A stretch of 64,000 nucleotides of DNA, taken from assembly GCF_006345805.1 (NCBI RefSeq), contig NC_043003.1, positions 21,886,001 to 21,950,000 of the forward strand. The letters run 5' to 3'. The translations under genes and the position numbers were made by a program. Each line of letters opens with the position of its first letter. The stretch's first letter is position 1. This stretch comes from Octopus sinensis (Eukaryota). Of the stretch, positions 48,522 to 63,688 are shown piece after piece. Under the pieces are notes generated by a model. That model worked only from the letters and a program-made list of their open reading frames with translations. It was not told where the DNA came from and searched no databases.

Positions 48522-48700
48522 AGTGTATGTATGTATATATATATATATAATATATATATATATATGTATATATATGTATCTATGTATGTGTATATATATA
48601 TATATATAATATAATATATATATATATATATGTATAGTGTATGTATGTATATGTTATAGTGTATGTATGCATGTATGTATAGAGTTGCAGGAACATATAT
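47355..48700. repeat. Two complex (TA)/(TATG) microsatellite blocks flanking a SINE A
   Basis: Blocks at 47355-47890 and 48425-48680, both ending in agagttgcaggaaca. Confidence 0.9.
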
Positions 48701-49026
48701 ATATATATTAATCTGCCGGTTTATTGTGTTTCCATAGCATGAAACTAATAGTAGCTCGTATTTATGCTGCGTGTATATTAAATTATTCATATATGTGTAT
48801 GTATATATATATATATATATATGTTCGTCTGCAGTTCTGTTCTGCGATGCTAGCCAGCACCACCAGCTCTATGTACACGTTACAGCTATTTTGTTGTACG
48901 CTAGTATGGCGTACACAAGATAAATATATGTTTAAACTAGCTTGCATTGCCCCCCCTCCTCCTGTTTCTCTTTTTAATATGCCAACGTGCATCTCTTTCG
49001 TTTATCAATCTATCATCTATACACTC

Positions 49027-49066
<40 letters not shown>

Positions 49067-50774
49067 CTCCTTTGTTTCCTTATCTTCACATAGATGTAGA
49101 TAGAATTATCCGTCTCTCTCTCAGCCTACATTTTGCGACGTGAATTGTATTGAAATGCACTAACGCTTTATTTATTATTATTATTATTTTTACTATTTTT
49201 TACTTTGGAAGAAAATAAGGAGTGTTAAAATAAACTTCCAAAGAAATAAAAAGATGTGTTTTTGTATATTTCTCACGAAACAGTGGAGAAATCTGAAATA
49301 TAAAAGAGCAGATTATAAAAGAAACCTTGACTTGAACAAATTAGGTTTGTTATGATAATACATATGCTAAAAAGAAACTAATTTTTTGCGCGCATGTGAA
49401 TTTCCCTTTCTTTCTCTGTATACATATGGTTAGATACGTGTGTTTATGTGTCTGTGTATGTCTATGTGGTTAGTATATGTATACACGCAGGACAAACAGT
49501 CGATCTATTTTCGTTGGTGTATATAAACAGTTTAGAACTGTACTTTTCTGAGTCTGTATCGCAAGGCTGAAAATACAAAATTCTGTATACGCTGTGTGCG
49601 CCCGTGTCCGTGTGTCTGTAAATGTTAAAACTGTTTATGCTGACTGCATCAACTCGTTCATTTTGTTGTCATGTGGAATTTTGATGGCTGGTTATGATGC
49701 AAGGCTTGGATGGCTAAAACATGATCGGTCTTTGTAATAATTTCAGATGGCGATTTGTTTTAATTCTGGATTATATCGAGGTTAAATTTACAATTTTTCA
49801 TTGCTGTATTTAGGCACAGAGATCTCCTGATTCGAAAGATCTTTAATAACCTGAAGACATCCCAGGTGTGATCAATTTTCAAGATAGTATGGTTTGAGGG
49901 GGGAGAGTGTGGCTGCTATTTCTAGCACGTCGTGTGACTGACTACAGAGGGGCTTGTTCCTTCGTTGGTCGTTGTCTCGCTCATTTCAAATAGATAACTG
50001 GATAATATATGTCCGTGTCGCGTGTATATGCGAAAATAGATGACAAACGGATATTTATTTTGTCGTTACTAAGGTGGGGGAAGGAAATATGTGAGTTATT
50101 TAAAAGAAATTTCAGTTTTAAAATTTGAAAAAAATTGTGAACCTCTATTAAAATGTCGCCTTACTATTCCATAATTTTAGAAAAACCAAAACAAAACAAA
50201 GTATTTTAACAAATTATTCATTTTAGAGCAACGGCGCACTTTCTCACCAGCACCACAATCACAGTGCACATGCACTCATTCACATTGTGTGTGTGTGTGA
50301 GAGTTTGTGTTTTCTAGGAGTGACTCTTGGTACTTAAGCAGAGCATGCAGTTTTAAAAATCAGTCATTTAATTGAAGCAGGGCTACATGTAACATGTATC
50401 GACCCCTTTTTTCGAGCTATCTCTCATAATAACAGTTTATATTAAAATGGTATTTATTATGTACATTTATTTGAAGTATACGGTGCCTACATTGCACTCA
50501 TGTCTAAACACTTTATATATACATACATACATACATACATATTAACACACGGCCACATATATACATACACTCTGCTGCTTTCCCCCCCCCCCCACACATT
50601 TTATTCGATTGCCGTTTCTGATCCTGTTTTTAATTTATTTCAGCTATAATAGTAGTAATATTTTTTTTATTCGCTTCGATGGCCACAAAACGAATCACAA
50701 TACAGTTCCGTGTAAATAAAGCACCAAATTCACACGCACACATTCCAATGTGTGTGTGTGTGGTGTAATATGTG

Positions 50775-50810
<36 letters not shown>

Positions 50811-52642
50811 TATATATCAGTCAATACAAGTAAATAATAATACTAATAATAAATTGATAAAGACGATGTTAGGGGGTTGTGTTGTGGATAAACAAACAGC
50901 AGAAAAATTTTTTTTATCATTTCCGTTTGGTAACCAAATAAGCGACGGATTTTTCGTCCCTTCCTCGCTGTCGTCCTAGCTATGTCTGATGCATGTAAAG
51001 AATGTCTATTTAATTTCTGATGCCAGTTTTCGCTCCTGTATTCTCTCTCATTCTTCTGTGTTATTCCTGAATTTCATCATCCTCTTCCCGTTTTAAATGG
51101 CTAGCTAGCTAACCCATCCAATAATCCTGGTAGCACCTCTCTCTTTTCTGTATGGCAAGAGTGATTATGAATAATTTGAAGACTTTTTTTTCGTTCATAT
51201 ATATAGCATCTATCTATCTGTACCTGTTTTTCACTACAGCTTTATACATACATTTCTATATATACATACATACATTTATACACACACACACGCATTAACA
51301 TTATTTCATATTTATCGTTCTTGCTGTTATAAAATACAGAAGTATACAATTGCGTTAATTTTAATGAAATATATATATATATTCTTTCATATTTCCTCAC
51401 TGGATAATTATAATTCATATTATAGTTGATTTTGTCGTGGTGGAAGTAAATTGCTGCAAAATGTACGATCCAGTTTCTTCTTCCTGTTTCACCCACGCAA
51501 TCGAGATCGCTTGACCTTCTAGAAATAGCAGTCAAATATTTCCTCTAGATCATTCTGTCTTTATATTATGTGTGTGTGTATATATGAAGTGCATATCAAA
51601 GAGTGTGGTCAGAGGTAAACTGTCTGAAAAAAAAAATACGATTGGAGCGTCGCTGAGCATAAGGCTGCTCTCTCAGGGTTGACTTAGGACTGAATATATA
51701 TATGTTACATATTTTCGTTGTTTCAAAGGAAAATTTGAAAAGTCGTGGCTTTCTCCCAACTGTAAAAAAAAAAAAAAAAGAAATAATAATAAACAAATAT
51801 TGCTTTCATCTTTTCTGGAAGTAAAATCTCAAATCGTATTGAGTCTTATCTTTCGTTCATCCGAGCTCAGTGAAATGAGTTTAGATTAATCATACATGCT
51901 CTCTCCTTTCACATTTTGGGTCTTATACCCAAAATTCGAAATCGTCGTTGTTGCTGTTGTTATTAAGTTCAAGATGAGCTTCAACTGAGCCGACTTATTG
52001 AAGTTTATTCAAGCCATGACCATCTTGTCTGTATTTTTTTTTTTTTATCCAGTGTACTTTTTTTCTTTTTTCCTGTGAGGTGTGATTTGAAAGAGATTTT
52101 TAGCTGGCTTGAACCATGCCGAGTTCTATCATAATCCACATTTTATACTTACAAATATCTGTGGCTCCCTGCCAATGTAAGGAATTATCATTTATTTACA
52201 TCTTCACTACTGTTTGATACACGAATCTGTCGGCTTCCGTCTCTCCCCATTTTTGTTATATTTTCCTTCTTTTCTAGCTTTTAATGTTGTCGTTAGCATT
52301 TCGATGAGAGTTCTGATGAAATTATTTTAATGGCCTTCGATAATAGTGATGATGATGATGATGAATTTTTCACTGCGTCATATTCGCCAGTCTTTTGTGT
52401 GCGTGTGTGTGTGTGTCACAATTGCCTCAGTCTGGATTTTTATGCTTGATCAAGCTGTTTCTGTTTTGTGTTGGTGGCGGCGGTGGTGGTAATGTACGGT
52501 CAGTTGCGGACAGTGCGGCTCCACCGACTGCTGGGTTTTAGCTTCCTTTTCATCTTGGCTTGTTTTCTTTAGAAACTATATTGTCTTCTCCTCAAATAAC
52601 CAGCTCTGTACTTTGCTGTGCTAAGAGTGATGCATAGATATC

Positions 52643-52686
<44 letters not shown>

Positions 52687-54062
52687 TGAGAGAGAAAGAG
52701 AGAGAGAGAGCGTAAGGAATTGTCGTTGCTGCCTTCCCCCTTCCCTTCCCCTTTCTGTTCTGCTTCCTCCTTGGGAGTCCAGTGGTCTAAGGACAATATT
52801 GTTACGTTTGATGAATCAAGCTTCACACATTAAACCACTAAGGAAGAAATGTGTACATAGGTGCTGTGTGTGTCTGAGTAAGCATGTTCAAGTTAATGTA
52901 AGAAGGTGGTGGTGGGGGGGATGATGTCTGATGATGATATAGATTGTAGAAATGAGCAGAGGAATAAAAATCTAGACTGTCTCTTGTTTATTTGAACTTG
53001 TTTTTATTAATCTTCTCTGCCAAGTGGACAAAATATGGAGAACTATAGTGCTGTTTCTATGGCTGTTTGAATGAATGTCTTCTATTTCATTGTGTTTTGT
53101 TTGTGTGTGTGTGTGTGTGTATGTTGCTGTCACCAGTTGGCTTTAGAGACCAGATCCACTCCAATATTTTTTGTCTTTTATTTGTTTCAGGCATTGAACT
53201 GTGGCCATGCTGGGGCACCACCTTATAAGGTTTAGTCGATCAAATTGATCCCTGTACATGTTTTCTAAAAATCTGGAACTTATTTTGTTGGTCACTTTTT
53301 GCTGAACTACTAAGTCATGGGGACATAAACGTTCCACCTCCTGTTGTCAAGCAACGATGGTGGGTAACAAACATGCATAAATATATACATATATACAACA
53401 GGCTTCTTTCAATTTCTGTCTATCACATCTACTCACAAGGCTTTGATCAGCCTTGAGCTGTAGTGGAAGACATTTGCCCAAGGTTTTACATAGTGGGATT
53501 GAACCTGGAACTTTGTAGTTTGGAAAGAAACTTATTACCACCCATCCACGCCTGTCTTAATTATCTAAAAAGTTCAATTAACTGATCATATTGGAGTTAT
53601 TTTTTGTTTGTGGATTTTAAATGACATCCATTGAGAAGGTATCCAAGCAACTATTAAGTTGCTCGGATACTACCAGTTGATCAAAATTTTGTTTTACTCA
53701 TAATATTACAAATGTAATAAGTGTAAGCATGACCATGTAGTTAAGAAGCTCAGTTTGCGATCACATGGTCTTGTGTTCAGTCCAACTGCACGGCACCTTG
53801 GGCAAATGTTTTCTACACTAGCCCCATGCCATTCAGTACTTTGTGAATGAATTTGGTAGGCGGAAATTTTGTGGAAGCCCATCCTATGTATAGATATACA
53901 TAATCATGGCTGTGTGTTAGAAGCTTGTTTCCCAATCACATGGTTCTGGGTTCAGTCCCACTACGTGACACCTTGGGCAGGTGTCTTCTACTATAGCCTT
54001 AGGCCAACCAAAGTCTTGTGAGTGGATTTGGTAGATGCAAGCTGAAAGAAACCCCTCATATG

Positions 54063-54111
<49 letters not shown>

Positions 54112-56949
54112 CTTAGTGTCCGTGTTTGTACCCCCACCATCATTTAACAACTGATGGTGTATTTATGTCACTGTAACTTAGCAGTTCAGCAAAAGATATT
54201 AATAAAATAAGTACTGGGCTTACAAAGAATAAGTCTTGGGGTCAATTTCTTCGACTAAAAAAGCCTTTAAGGCGATGCTCCAGTATGGCCACAATCAAAT
54301 GACTGAAAGAAGTGAAAGAATAAAAGAATATATGTGTTGTTTGTGTTTGTTTATTCTCCCACTACCTCTGCTTGGCAAGTAGTTTGTTTATGACCCTGTA
54401 GCTTAGCAGTTCAGTGAAAGAGTTCAATAGAATAAGCACTTGACTTCAAAAAATAAGTAGTGGGATTGATTTATTGGACTAAAAACCACTTTCGAGATGG
54501 TGCCCCAGCATGGCTGCAGTCCAGTGACTGAAACAAGTAAAAGGTAAAACATGCAAGACCTGACTGTATGTAAATTAGAGACTCTTGATTCCAGTTTGAC
54601 AGCCACTAAACTTAGTGGCTTATGAATTTAAATACAAATGGTAATCTTTAGCATCTCCTGAAAGCAAAATATTCTGCTGGGATTTGCACTTACATAGCAT
54701 GGACTGCTGAGCACATTTTATGAAAATGCGACTACCATGCATACATAATAAAACAAAAAATAGTAAAAATATCTTCTTAGTATTTGGTGGAGAGTTTTAC
54801 ATCATCTGAAAAGTCATTAGTTGATCTATTTAGTCCTTGCATTCTGGGGGATATCGGAGTGTTTGGGTGATATTAGACCCCAACAAACACCCATAAATTA
54901 AATGCATCTATTGTGGCCTGACGGCCATGATTGTGGCCTGTCGCGCTTTATGTGTTAAATTCTATCTTAATCTGAAACCTAGTCTGATGTTTATATCAAA
55001 GGAAATGGTATTTGCAACACTAATGTGTGTGGAGTGGTGTCGATGATTCTGTACTAGCTATTGTTTTCTACTGCTTAACCCTTTTGTTAACAAATTTCTG
55101 TTGAGCTTATTCTGCCTTTGTTCCAGTTATTTCAAAATAATAAAGAATTTAGTAAAATAACTCTGTCATTATTAATCCAATGTGTGGAATATAATTTAAC
55201 ATGAACTTTTGATGGAAGTTTTTAATTCAGAGAACTTCAAAATAGGAATTTTGTGTCATAGAATCATGAGTGGTTGCAGACAGGTTAGTATCAAAAGGGT
55301 TAACACAGTTGAATATGGTATGGGAAGTTAAAATTCCAGCAATCTTTTGGAGAAAGTATATGAAAAGTGAAAGTATTTGTTTAGTAATTTCTGTAAAAAT
55401 TTTGTATTTCCTCAATTTTTTTCAGTTGAATCACACATCTTTATGCAATTTTTATGTATGTGTTTGTGTGTGTATGTATATATTTTGCATGTGTAAGTAT
55501 ATGTATCTTTATGGGTATACATGTCTGTGTATACACTGATACACATATGCATATACTTTATATACACCAATATACATACATATACAGAAAATACATAAAC
55601 ATAAGCGATTCAACTGAAAAGCATTGAAGAAATATAAAATTTGTTAAAGAAATTGACAATTTTACTTTCACTTTTCACATATTTTCTCTGAAAGGTAGCC
55701 ATAATTCCTATTGATGACAATTTCAGGATCTCTTTGGATGTTTTTATTATTCTGTCATTACTTACCGTGCAGATCTATGATCTTCCTGTCATGACCATCC
55801 TGTCTAGGACTGTGTTATCCAGTATCTTTTTCTTTTTACTTGTTGCAATTATTGGACTGCGGCCATGCCAGGACATCAAGTTGAAGGGGTTTTTAGTTGA
55901 ACAAATCAACCCCAGTACTTATTTTTTAGTCTAGTTTTTATTTCTTACGATCTCTTTTACTGAACTGCAAATTTGCAGGGATGTAAACAAAGCAACATTA
56001 GTTGTCAAGGGGTGGGGGTGGAGAGAACACACACACATATCCACAATGGACTTTGATACATTTTCAGTCTACCAATCCCACACACATGGCATTGGTTGAC
56101 CTAAGGCAATAGTAGAAAGCACTTGCCCAGGATACCGTAAAGTGGGACTGAACCTTGCAAATTGAGCTTCTTAACCACAGAGTCATACCTGTGCTTATGT
56201 GAGCAAAAAAAAAAAAAAAGAATTGAGTTTAAAAGAAAACCACTCTGAGGAAAGTAGTAGTGGACTGCATTGGAAAAAACGAAATTGTCTGGTGTAGATT
56301 GTGAGTTTGGATAAGTTTTATGCTGTGAAAAGGAATCTTACTTTGGAACTGACATTTGATCTAAGGGGAAAGATATTTTTTCAGCTGAGGTTTTTACATA
56401 GTACTGAGAATAATAACAGGGTTAAGTTGAAGGAGGATGGCATAAATATACAAAGTGTGTTGTTTAAAATAATGTATTTAAAACACACACACATGAACTT
56501 ACAAAAAATTAACTTTTTGTTTTGTCATGTAACTATACAAAATTGAATATTTTAATTCCTGTTATTAATTTTTTTTTGTTTTACATTACATACAACCATT
56601 TTGTTTGTATTCCATTTCCTCTCCCATCACCACCAGAGTCCTTGGTCATCATCATCATTGTTTAACATCTGTTTTCCTTGCTGGCATGGGTTGGACAGTT
56701 TGATAGTATCCAGTGAGCTGCAGGCTGGCACGCAATGTTCCAGTATTGGCATTAGCAAGAAACAGCTAGATGCTTTTCCTAACACTAGCTATATGACTGT
56801 ACTGGATGCCTCTTTTTTGGGTGTGAGGTACCAGCACTAGTGGGATTGCCAAATAACTTGGCAAAGCAACTTCATAGCATTACATTGTATATGCATGTTG
56901 TGTATTTTCAGTACAGTTGAAAATCTCTTTCCCTTCATTGCAAAGTGTC

Positions 56950-57850
56950 AGTCTTGACACCTCTCCCTGTTACATAGACATAGTAGATAAACTGTGGGTC
57001 AGATAGCACTCCATCAGCATATGCCATGTTAGTGTAATCTAACTAGAAGCCACTGAGCTAAAAGATGTAAAATGCATGGGCCCCAAAGGTGGGCTGTTTC
57101 AGCTGGACTACACTGTATCAGAGTATCTTGTAATGTGATACTTCTGTTTCAACAAGTGTCCTGTACCAGCTTTACTGAGGTTGAGGGCAACAATGATCTC
57201 ACCAAATTTATGCTTGTAGGTGAGCAGTTTAAAAAATTGATTCATATGCCAGTCACAGTTAAAAGGTTTGCTGATGTTGAAGGTAATAACACTGCTTTCA
57301 CCAAATTCCTAGCAAACAGCATTACAGAGTAAGTCTCCTGTAGATGTGACTTTGTGAAAACTGTATTGGTGGTCCACTATGGAGGGAGAAAAATTCAATG
57401 TGTTGGTGAATTTGTTATTAATGACTGTCTCCATTACCTTTAAGATATTGGAAGTGAGTGTGATAGAGTGCAGTTGGTTGAGAGATTGATCTTCAAGGGG
57501 AGAGGACAAATTGTAGCATGCCAAAGATTAGGATATTCTGTTGAGACGTAGAAAGAGTGAAATGGTCTATGAAAATAGGGATTACTTCTGGGAGCACATT
57601 GTTTGAGGGTAATGCAAAGGATATTGTCAGACCCCTTTTAGTTTGAAACTGGGCATCAGACTGACCTGGAGATTAAACAATAACATATTGTGCTTCCGCT
57701 TCCTGTGGCATAGAGCTTCATCTACCCATACTAAGCACCAAATATGTAGGTAGAAGGCACTATGTCTGCAGGCACTTCTGGGTGGTTATGAACATAGTTG
57801 GTGATGAGGTATGAGCTTTTTTCCGTTTTGAGTTAGATATCCTTTTGACT
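56950..57850 (-). mobile_element. Decayed CR1/Jockey-type LINE reverse transcriptase
   Basis: ITLTSNILKVMETVINN...HQYSFHKVTSTGDLL then FGESSVITFNISKPFNCDWH, matching PISLTS...QYGFR...DISKAFD. Confidence 0.75.
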
Positions 57851-60800
57851 CAATTAACTGCATTTTGGTCTTTAATAGAGTATTGTTGGGAAATATTTGT
57901 GTAACAATAGTGAAAAGAGGAGTGTAAAACAACTACCAGTAATTCTTTGAAGGATAACTTTTTCAGTAGATTCGAAATAAGTGGGAACATAAGAGTTGGT
58001 TTCTCTTTCCCTGTCTTTCTCTCTATCCTGCCAGATGTGACCAACAACACAACACCACTTACACACATTTGCATGAAGCCATATTCTCGATGAATCTTAT
58101 AATTAATCTGACTCATATAGATAGCCAATGGCAGAATTATGACAATACATCATGTTTTAAATTCTGAATAATTTTACTTTTTTTTTTATTTATTTATTTA
58201 TATGTTTATATGCCCATCCTTTTTGGGTAGTAGCTTTTTCTGATGACTAACTGAAGCTTCTGGTAAATTTCGTAGTTTTTGTTTCTAGCCCTTTTGAAAT
58301 TGCATTTCTGCAAAACAGTAAATGAATGTAATTCTGGTTTAACTTTTGACATTTTGAATTTTTTTTCTATTCTTTGGATTATTTTTCTTTTTGTTACTAT
58401 TTTTCATTCAGTCTCTCTACATATGTATGGCCATCATTAATATTAAGTCACTTGTTAATATTTGTTGCTGGTAATGTTGTAAGCCGTGTTCTCTTTTGAA
58501 ATCTTAGTTGATCATAGGCATTGTTGCCAGAAAACTGATGGCTATACGATGCTAGCGTTTGCTTATACATTGTAGCATAAGGTCTTGGAGGTTTCCTAGA
58601 AACTCAAAAGGTTAAGGTTAGTTGTTTTTTAGTCTCAGGTTGAAAGAATGATTAAGCAGCTGAAAAATGTTGAACATGAAAGCATTTTATCAACCTGTTT
58701 AGCCCAGATAGACATCAAAACATGCATGGCCATACTGTGGCAGTCTTTACCTCTTCAGCATTTAAACTAGCCATATCTGGCCCAAATATTTTGCCTGTTT
58801 TATATCCAAACCAGTCTACAATGTCATTCTAAAAACAATCACATCATTTAAATCTCAAAGGTATGAGACAATGCATGATTAATTCAAAGCAGTGTGAATA
58901 AATAAGCATTAAATTTGACAGAATAATATGAATACTAAAGGGTTAATTCATTACTTTCTTGTGAATCATTGAATTCTGTTGTTTTGATGTCTGGAAATGG
59001 GTCTGGTATATTGGAGAAGAGAGACTAGATTGAACAGGAGCTTTCACCATTTGATGTCTAAAAAGTATGAAGTGTTTGTTAGATAGCTTAGATCAAGTAA
59101 TTTTCTTTGTAGACTGTGATAGAATGTCTTTGATAATATTTGAATGGAAGGTTTTTTTTTTTTGCTATTGTATCACCTTACTCTCTCTCTCTCTCTCTCT
59201 CTCATCTGTAAGGTTCAGTATAATTTGCACCAAAGATATGCAGACAACTACTTGTTAAAGAATTCCTGAGTTAACCTCTGAAACCTGGGTAAACTTATTG
59301 TTAATGTACTTGTGTCACCCACACATAACCTGATTTTGAAAAGGTTATACATTCAAATGGAGTGATACTGTTGGGCAAGCATTGCTTCAAAAATTATCAG
59401 TAAACATAATGAAATTGGATTATATCATGAGAGAAATTCCATATGATTTTAGAAACTTCACTGTGACGTGACAGAAAACTGTTGAAATGAGAGGGTTTTT
59501 TTTTTTTTTTTTTTTTTTCATTGCTGCACTTCTTTCTTTTGAATATTTTCCTGTTTTCTTAAATATCAAAGAGTAAAATCAATAAATGAATATAACAATT
59601 CTCTCTTTTTTATTTTGATCTATCACTATGTGATCTTTGATAGAATTTTGACCTCTTTTGTTATGCATAATCTTTCATTGATTCTCAATGAAAGATGTTT
59701 GATCCGTTACCTTGCTATCTCTTATAAATGATGCTGTCATTCTCTTCCTTGGTGTCTAGCTTATATTTCAATTACCTGAATCAATTTTCCATCTTTTATA
59801 AATTGCATATTGTCCTTGTGTCTTAGAATTTGTCCCTTTCAATTCTTTATCCCTTCTACAATTTCATGTTTTCCCTAAATATCTCTCAGTGAGTGAATGG
59901 ATTTACATTATTCCTTTGAATTTGGACACTTCCGATGTTTGATCTTGTAGTTATATATTTTTATGTATATTTTTTATTCATGTCATTTCCAATTGATAGA
60001 GATTTTATCTATCTCTTTCTTTGTTCCGAATACTATGGTGAATGTTTATTTGATCTTGGAATCTTGTTTTATTATAAATCTTTTAGATTTGGTTGTGGTA
60101 ATGGTAATAATAAGCCTTGGCAATAATGTTCAGAAGAGAATTTGTGCTTTAAAGATTTTATTATTCTACAAGTCTTGTATCAAAATATTTCTTGGTCTAC
60201 AGTGGATTAACTATCATTACCAATATAATACTTTACCAAAATAAATGTCCCCCTACCCCTTTGTTTTAGTCTTACGTGTCTTTTGAATCCAGTCATTTCA
60301 CATATGCTAACATTGATTGAAGATAACTTTTTTAAAGTACAAACACATCACCCATTTTCCTGTACTCTTGGTTCCAGACCTGTGTTGGATTATCTGTTTT
60401 TCTGGATTAACAGAAGGCATGTAGCATTAATTCAGGGTAAATTTCTAGCAGACTGATACCACATTGCTAATGACTTTATTTTGCCACTAAGCCTTTATGA
60501 AATACCTTTGTTTATTCATTAGAAATATGTCATAAAATTGGAAATATTCTTCCGACCCTATAATTAATATGAATAATATAAAGGTGCAAATATTTAAAAC
60601 AAAATCTAATCTACACACTAACTTCTTGGAAGGCATATATTTACCTTCTTTCATGCTGGGACATTGAATTCTCTGCAGTGAAGGTTAAAATTATCTATTA
60701 ACTTTGCAGAAAGAGAGAATTCTTAGAGACTTAGCGTTTGGTGTTAGATTTAGTTTTAAACATTTGCATCTTTATATTTTTACAGTTATCTGTAAGGAGA

Positions 60801-63688
60801 GTGTTACCACATTCATGATATGTTACTAGTAAATAAGTGTGTGTTGTAAAAGCTTGGTAGTGAAAAAGTTATTAGCAATGGTCATGGAAAATTTAAGCAC
60901 CATCACATAATTATGTCTGGATTACCAGATTATCAGTTGCTGGAAAATCAGTAGTTTACCTATATTAGGTTATGAAAACTGTACAGATATAATTTTTTAA
61001 TACCAGCTCAAACTGAATTAAATGAAAAGGTGCTTTGGCACCCATTTTATTAATTTAACGTATACAGTTAATGTATGCTTTGAATTTTATCAGGAAGGGA
61101 GACATAGATAAGGAAGCAGCTTAGAGGATGGAGCTCTAAGAGAAAAACACAAAGGTGTTTAAAATGATTTTTTTTGTGAGCAGTCTCAGACAAAACAGTA
61201 TGAGTTTTTGAGATGACTATTATTAGGGCTAGCAAAGAGTAAACCAATTGAAAGGGTTGAAGGTATTTAAAGTAATAATGTAAAAAAATATCAAAAAGAT
61301 GAATTGTGGATAGTACGTGAATCCCCTTGAATTTCATTGTAAATGCCAAACTGTTTCCAGCGTCATAGTGGCTGTGGGTTTGTCTCTAGTTTAACACTGG
61401 ATGTAGGTATGGATTAGTTCAGTGGTGGTTTTATGGCTAGCTCCACTGCAGTGGTACATTGGTTTGGTTACAATATACTGGTGAATGTTTGCTGATATTG
61501 CTGTACTGAAGTTGGCATTGTTTGTATATATATATATCTGAAAATAAGAATTGTTGAGGGAAAAGTGTCTATTCTCATCTGCAACTACCATGTTTTCTAT
61601 CTGTTGTGATAGAAACAAGGATTCAGATCACAGAATTCAGGACATACTTCATTAATATATTGATGCAAAAATTCTGAATATAAAACTGTTATTTATATAT
61701 ATAATTTGTCTTTCTCTGCTGGGTTTATGTTTTGAAAATAAGAGAAATGCATTTGTTGAAAATGTCAGGGGCACCAGATTAAGTAGCAAATGGAAGCAAC
61801 TGTTTAATATTCTTTAATATATTGTTTAAAAAAACAAATGTATTTCAAAAATACTTTGAGTCTTTTGTATTTCAGTAATCTCTTTATCTCATTGTTATTT
61901 CTAAAGAATTAAGCCATTCGATAATTCAGTATTCTTTAATATAATACATTATAGAATATGGCTTATTGTCTTAGAGAAATGATTATTAGTCATTTTGGTC
62001 ATACATTTCAGTTTTATTTCATATTTTATTAGCGATGATTTTAATGACCAACATTTTTTTTCTCTTTTCTTATGAAGTAGTAAAGGGAATATTTATTTTT
62101 ATAGTAATTTTACTTTTGTTTTTTAACTCATCATTGACAAAAAGGTCTCTTTTTTTTCTTTGCTAGCATTGTCTTTGGTATATGCATGCACATTCATGCA
62201 TATATGCACTATTGCATTTACATTTCTGGTTACAAATGAAAAATGAAAATGAGTTTTATCTCTGAGGAGAAAATCCAATATAGTGTTATGTAAATGTAAA
62301 TGGTTTTGGTGGTGGTGGTGGTGGTGGTGGGAATGCTGGATATTTTTATAACTTACGAAAGAGCTTTCTACAATGTTAGTTATTTTATAAAATGAAGATT
62401 TTTTTCCCTTTTTTTGATTCTAGTTTTTGATAAAAATTCCAACTGCTTTTAGCATTTCTCTGTCTCTATCTTGTCAATAGTGAAAGTGCATTTATTACCT
62501 ACGACATACTAAGTGTATATAATATTCATAATATTCTAAATATGTATATGTGAATATTTATTGTTTCAACTTGGAAAATAATCTTTCTTTAAGCTCAGAA
62601 GCTGGAATAATTTTTACACGTTAAGAAATAATCTTGCTTTTTCTGGACAGTTTTTACATCTACTCTTAAGATTTGTCTCGTGAAAGTGCATGATATTAAG
62701 CTTTATAACATGTAAGAGAATTTGCTCGTGTGCGCACACACATATACACACATATTGATTATATGTCCTTTGGTTTATTTCTTATGCTTTTAATGTTCAT
62801 ATCGATATTGTTACTGATACCACATTTTCTTACAGATAGATTGAAACCTATTCTACTTAAGATCTAGTTATTAGAAATGTTGGTAGTTATCATATTGATT
62901 TTCTTTTTACTTTTGAGCTCTGATTTCTTCACCTTGTAAATTGTTAATGCTTTTATTGTTGTTATAATTTTTGTTATTGTTAGGGCAGTGGATTGACAGA
63001 CACGTTAGTGTGTCACACAAAACACTGAGCAGCACTTGTTCTAGCTCTTTATATTCTGATTTCAAATCTTGTTGAGGTTGGCTTTGCTTTTCATCCTTCC
63101 AGTGTTAAACTTTACCTTTCACCCCTTCAGAGTTGATGAAAATAAAGCACCAGTCAAAAATGGGTTGATTTAATTGACAAACCCGCTTCTCCTAAATTTT
63201 GCTGGTCTTGAACCTAAATTAGAAACAATTAGGAGTGTGGTGGATTTGTACAATCTTTTAAGCACTGGGCAAAATACTTCAAGACATTTCTTACGGTTCT
63301 TTACATTCTGAGTTCATATCCCACCAAAGTCAACTTTGCCTTTCATTCTTTGAGGTCAATAAAATAGAAAAGTACCAGTCAACTACTGGAGTCAGTGTGA
63401 TTGGCTAACACCCCCTCCTAAAAATTTCTGGTCTTGTACTTAAGTTAGAAATCACCACCACCAGAATCATTAGTAGTTTTGCTGTATTTCTAGTTCTTTA
63501 TACTCTGAGTTCAAATTTGGCTGAGGTTAAATTAGCCTTCCATCCTTTCAAGATGGATGAAATAAGCTTACCAAACACAAAGGTTGATAGTTGCAACTAA
63601 TCCTTCCCCACAAGAATGTTGGCATTGTGGTTGAATTAGAAATAATTTATTGTTGTCATTAACACTTATTAAAAAAAAATTATCTAAT

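Noticed and set aside
53035-53070. MENYSAVSM resembling ASXL1 VLENYSDAPM
   Set aside because: Stops after 11 codons and has no acceptor in the correct phase.
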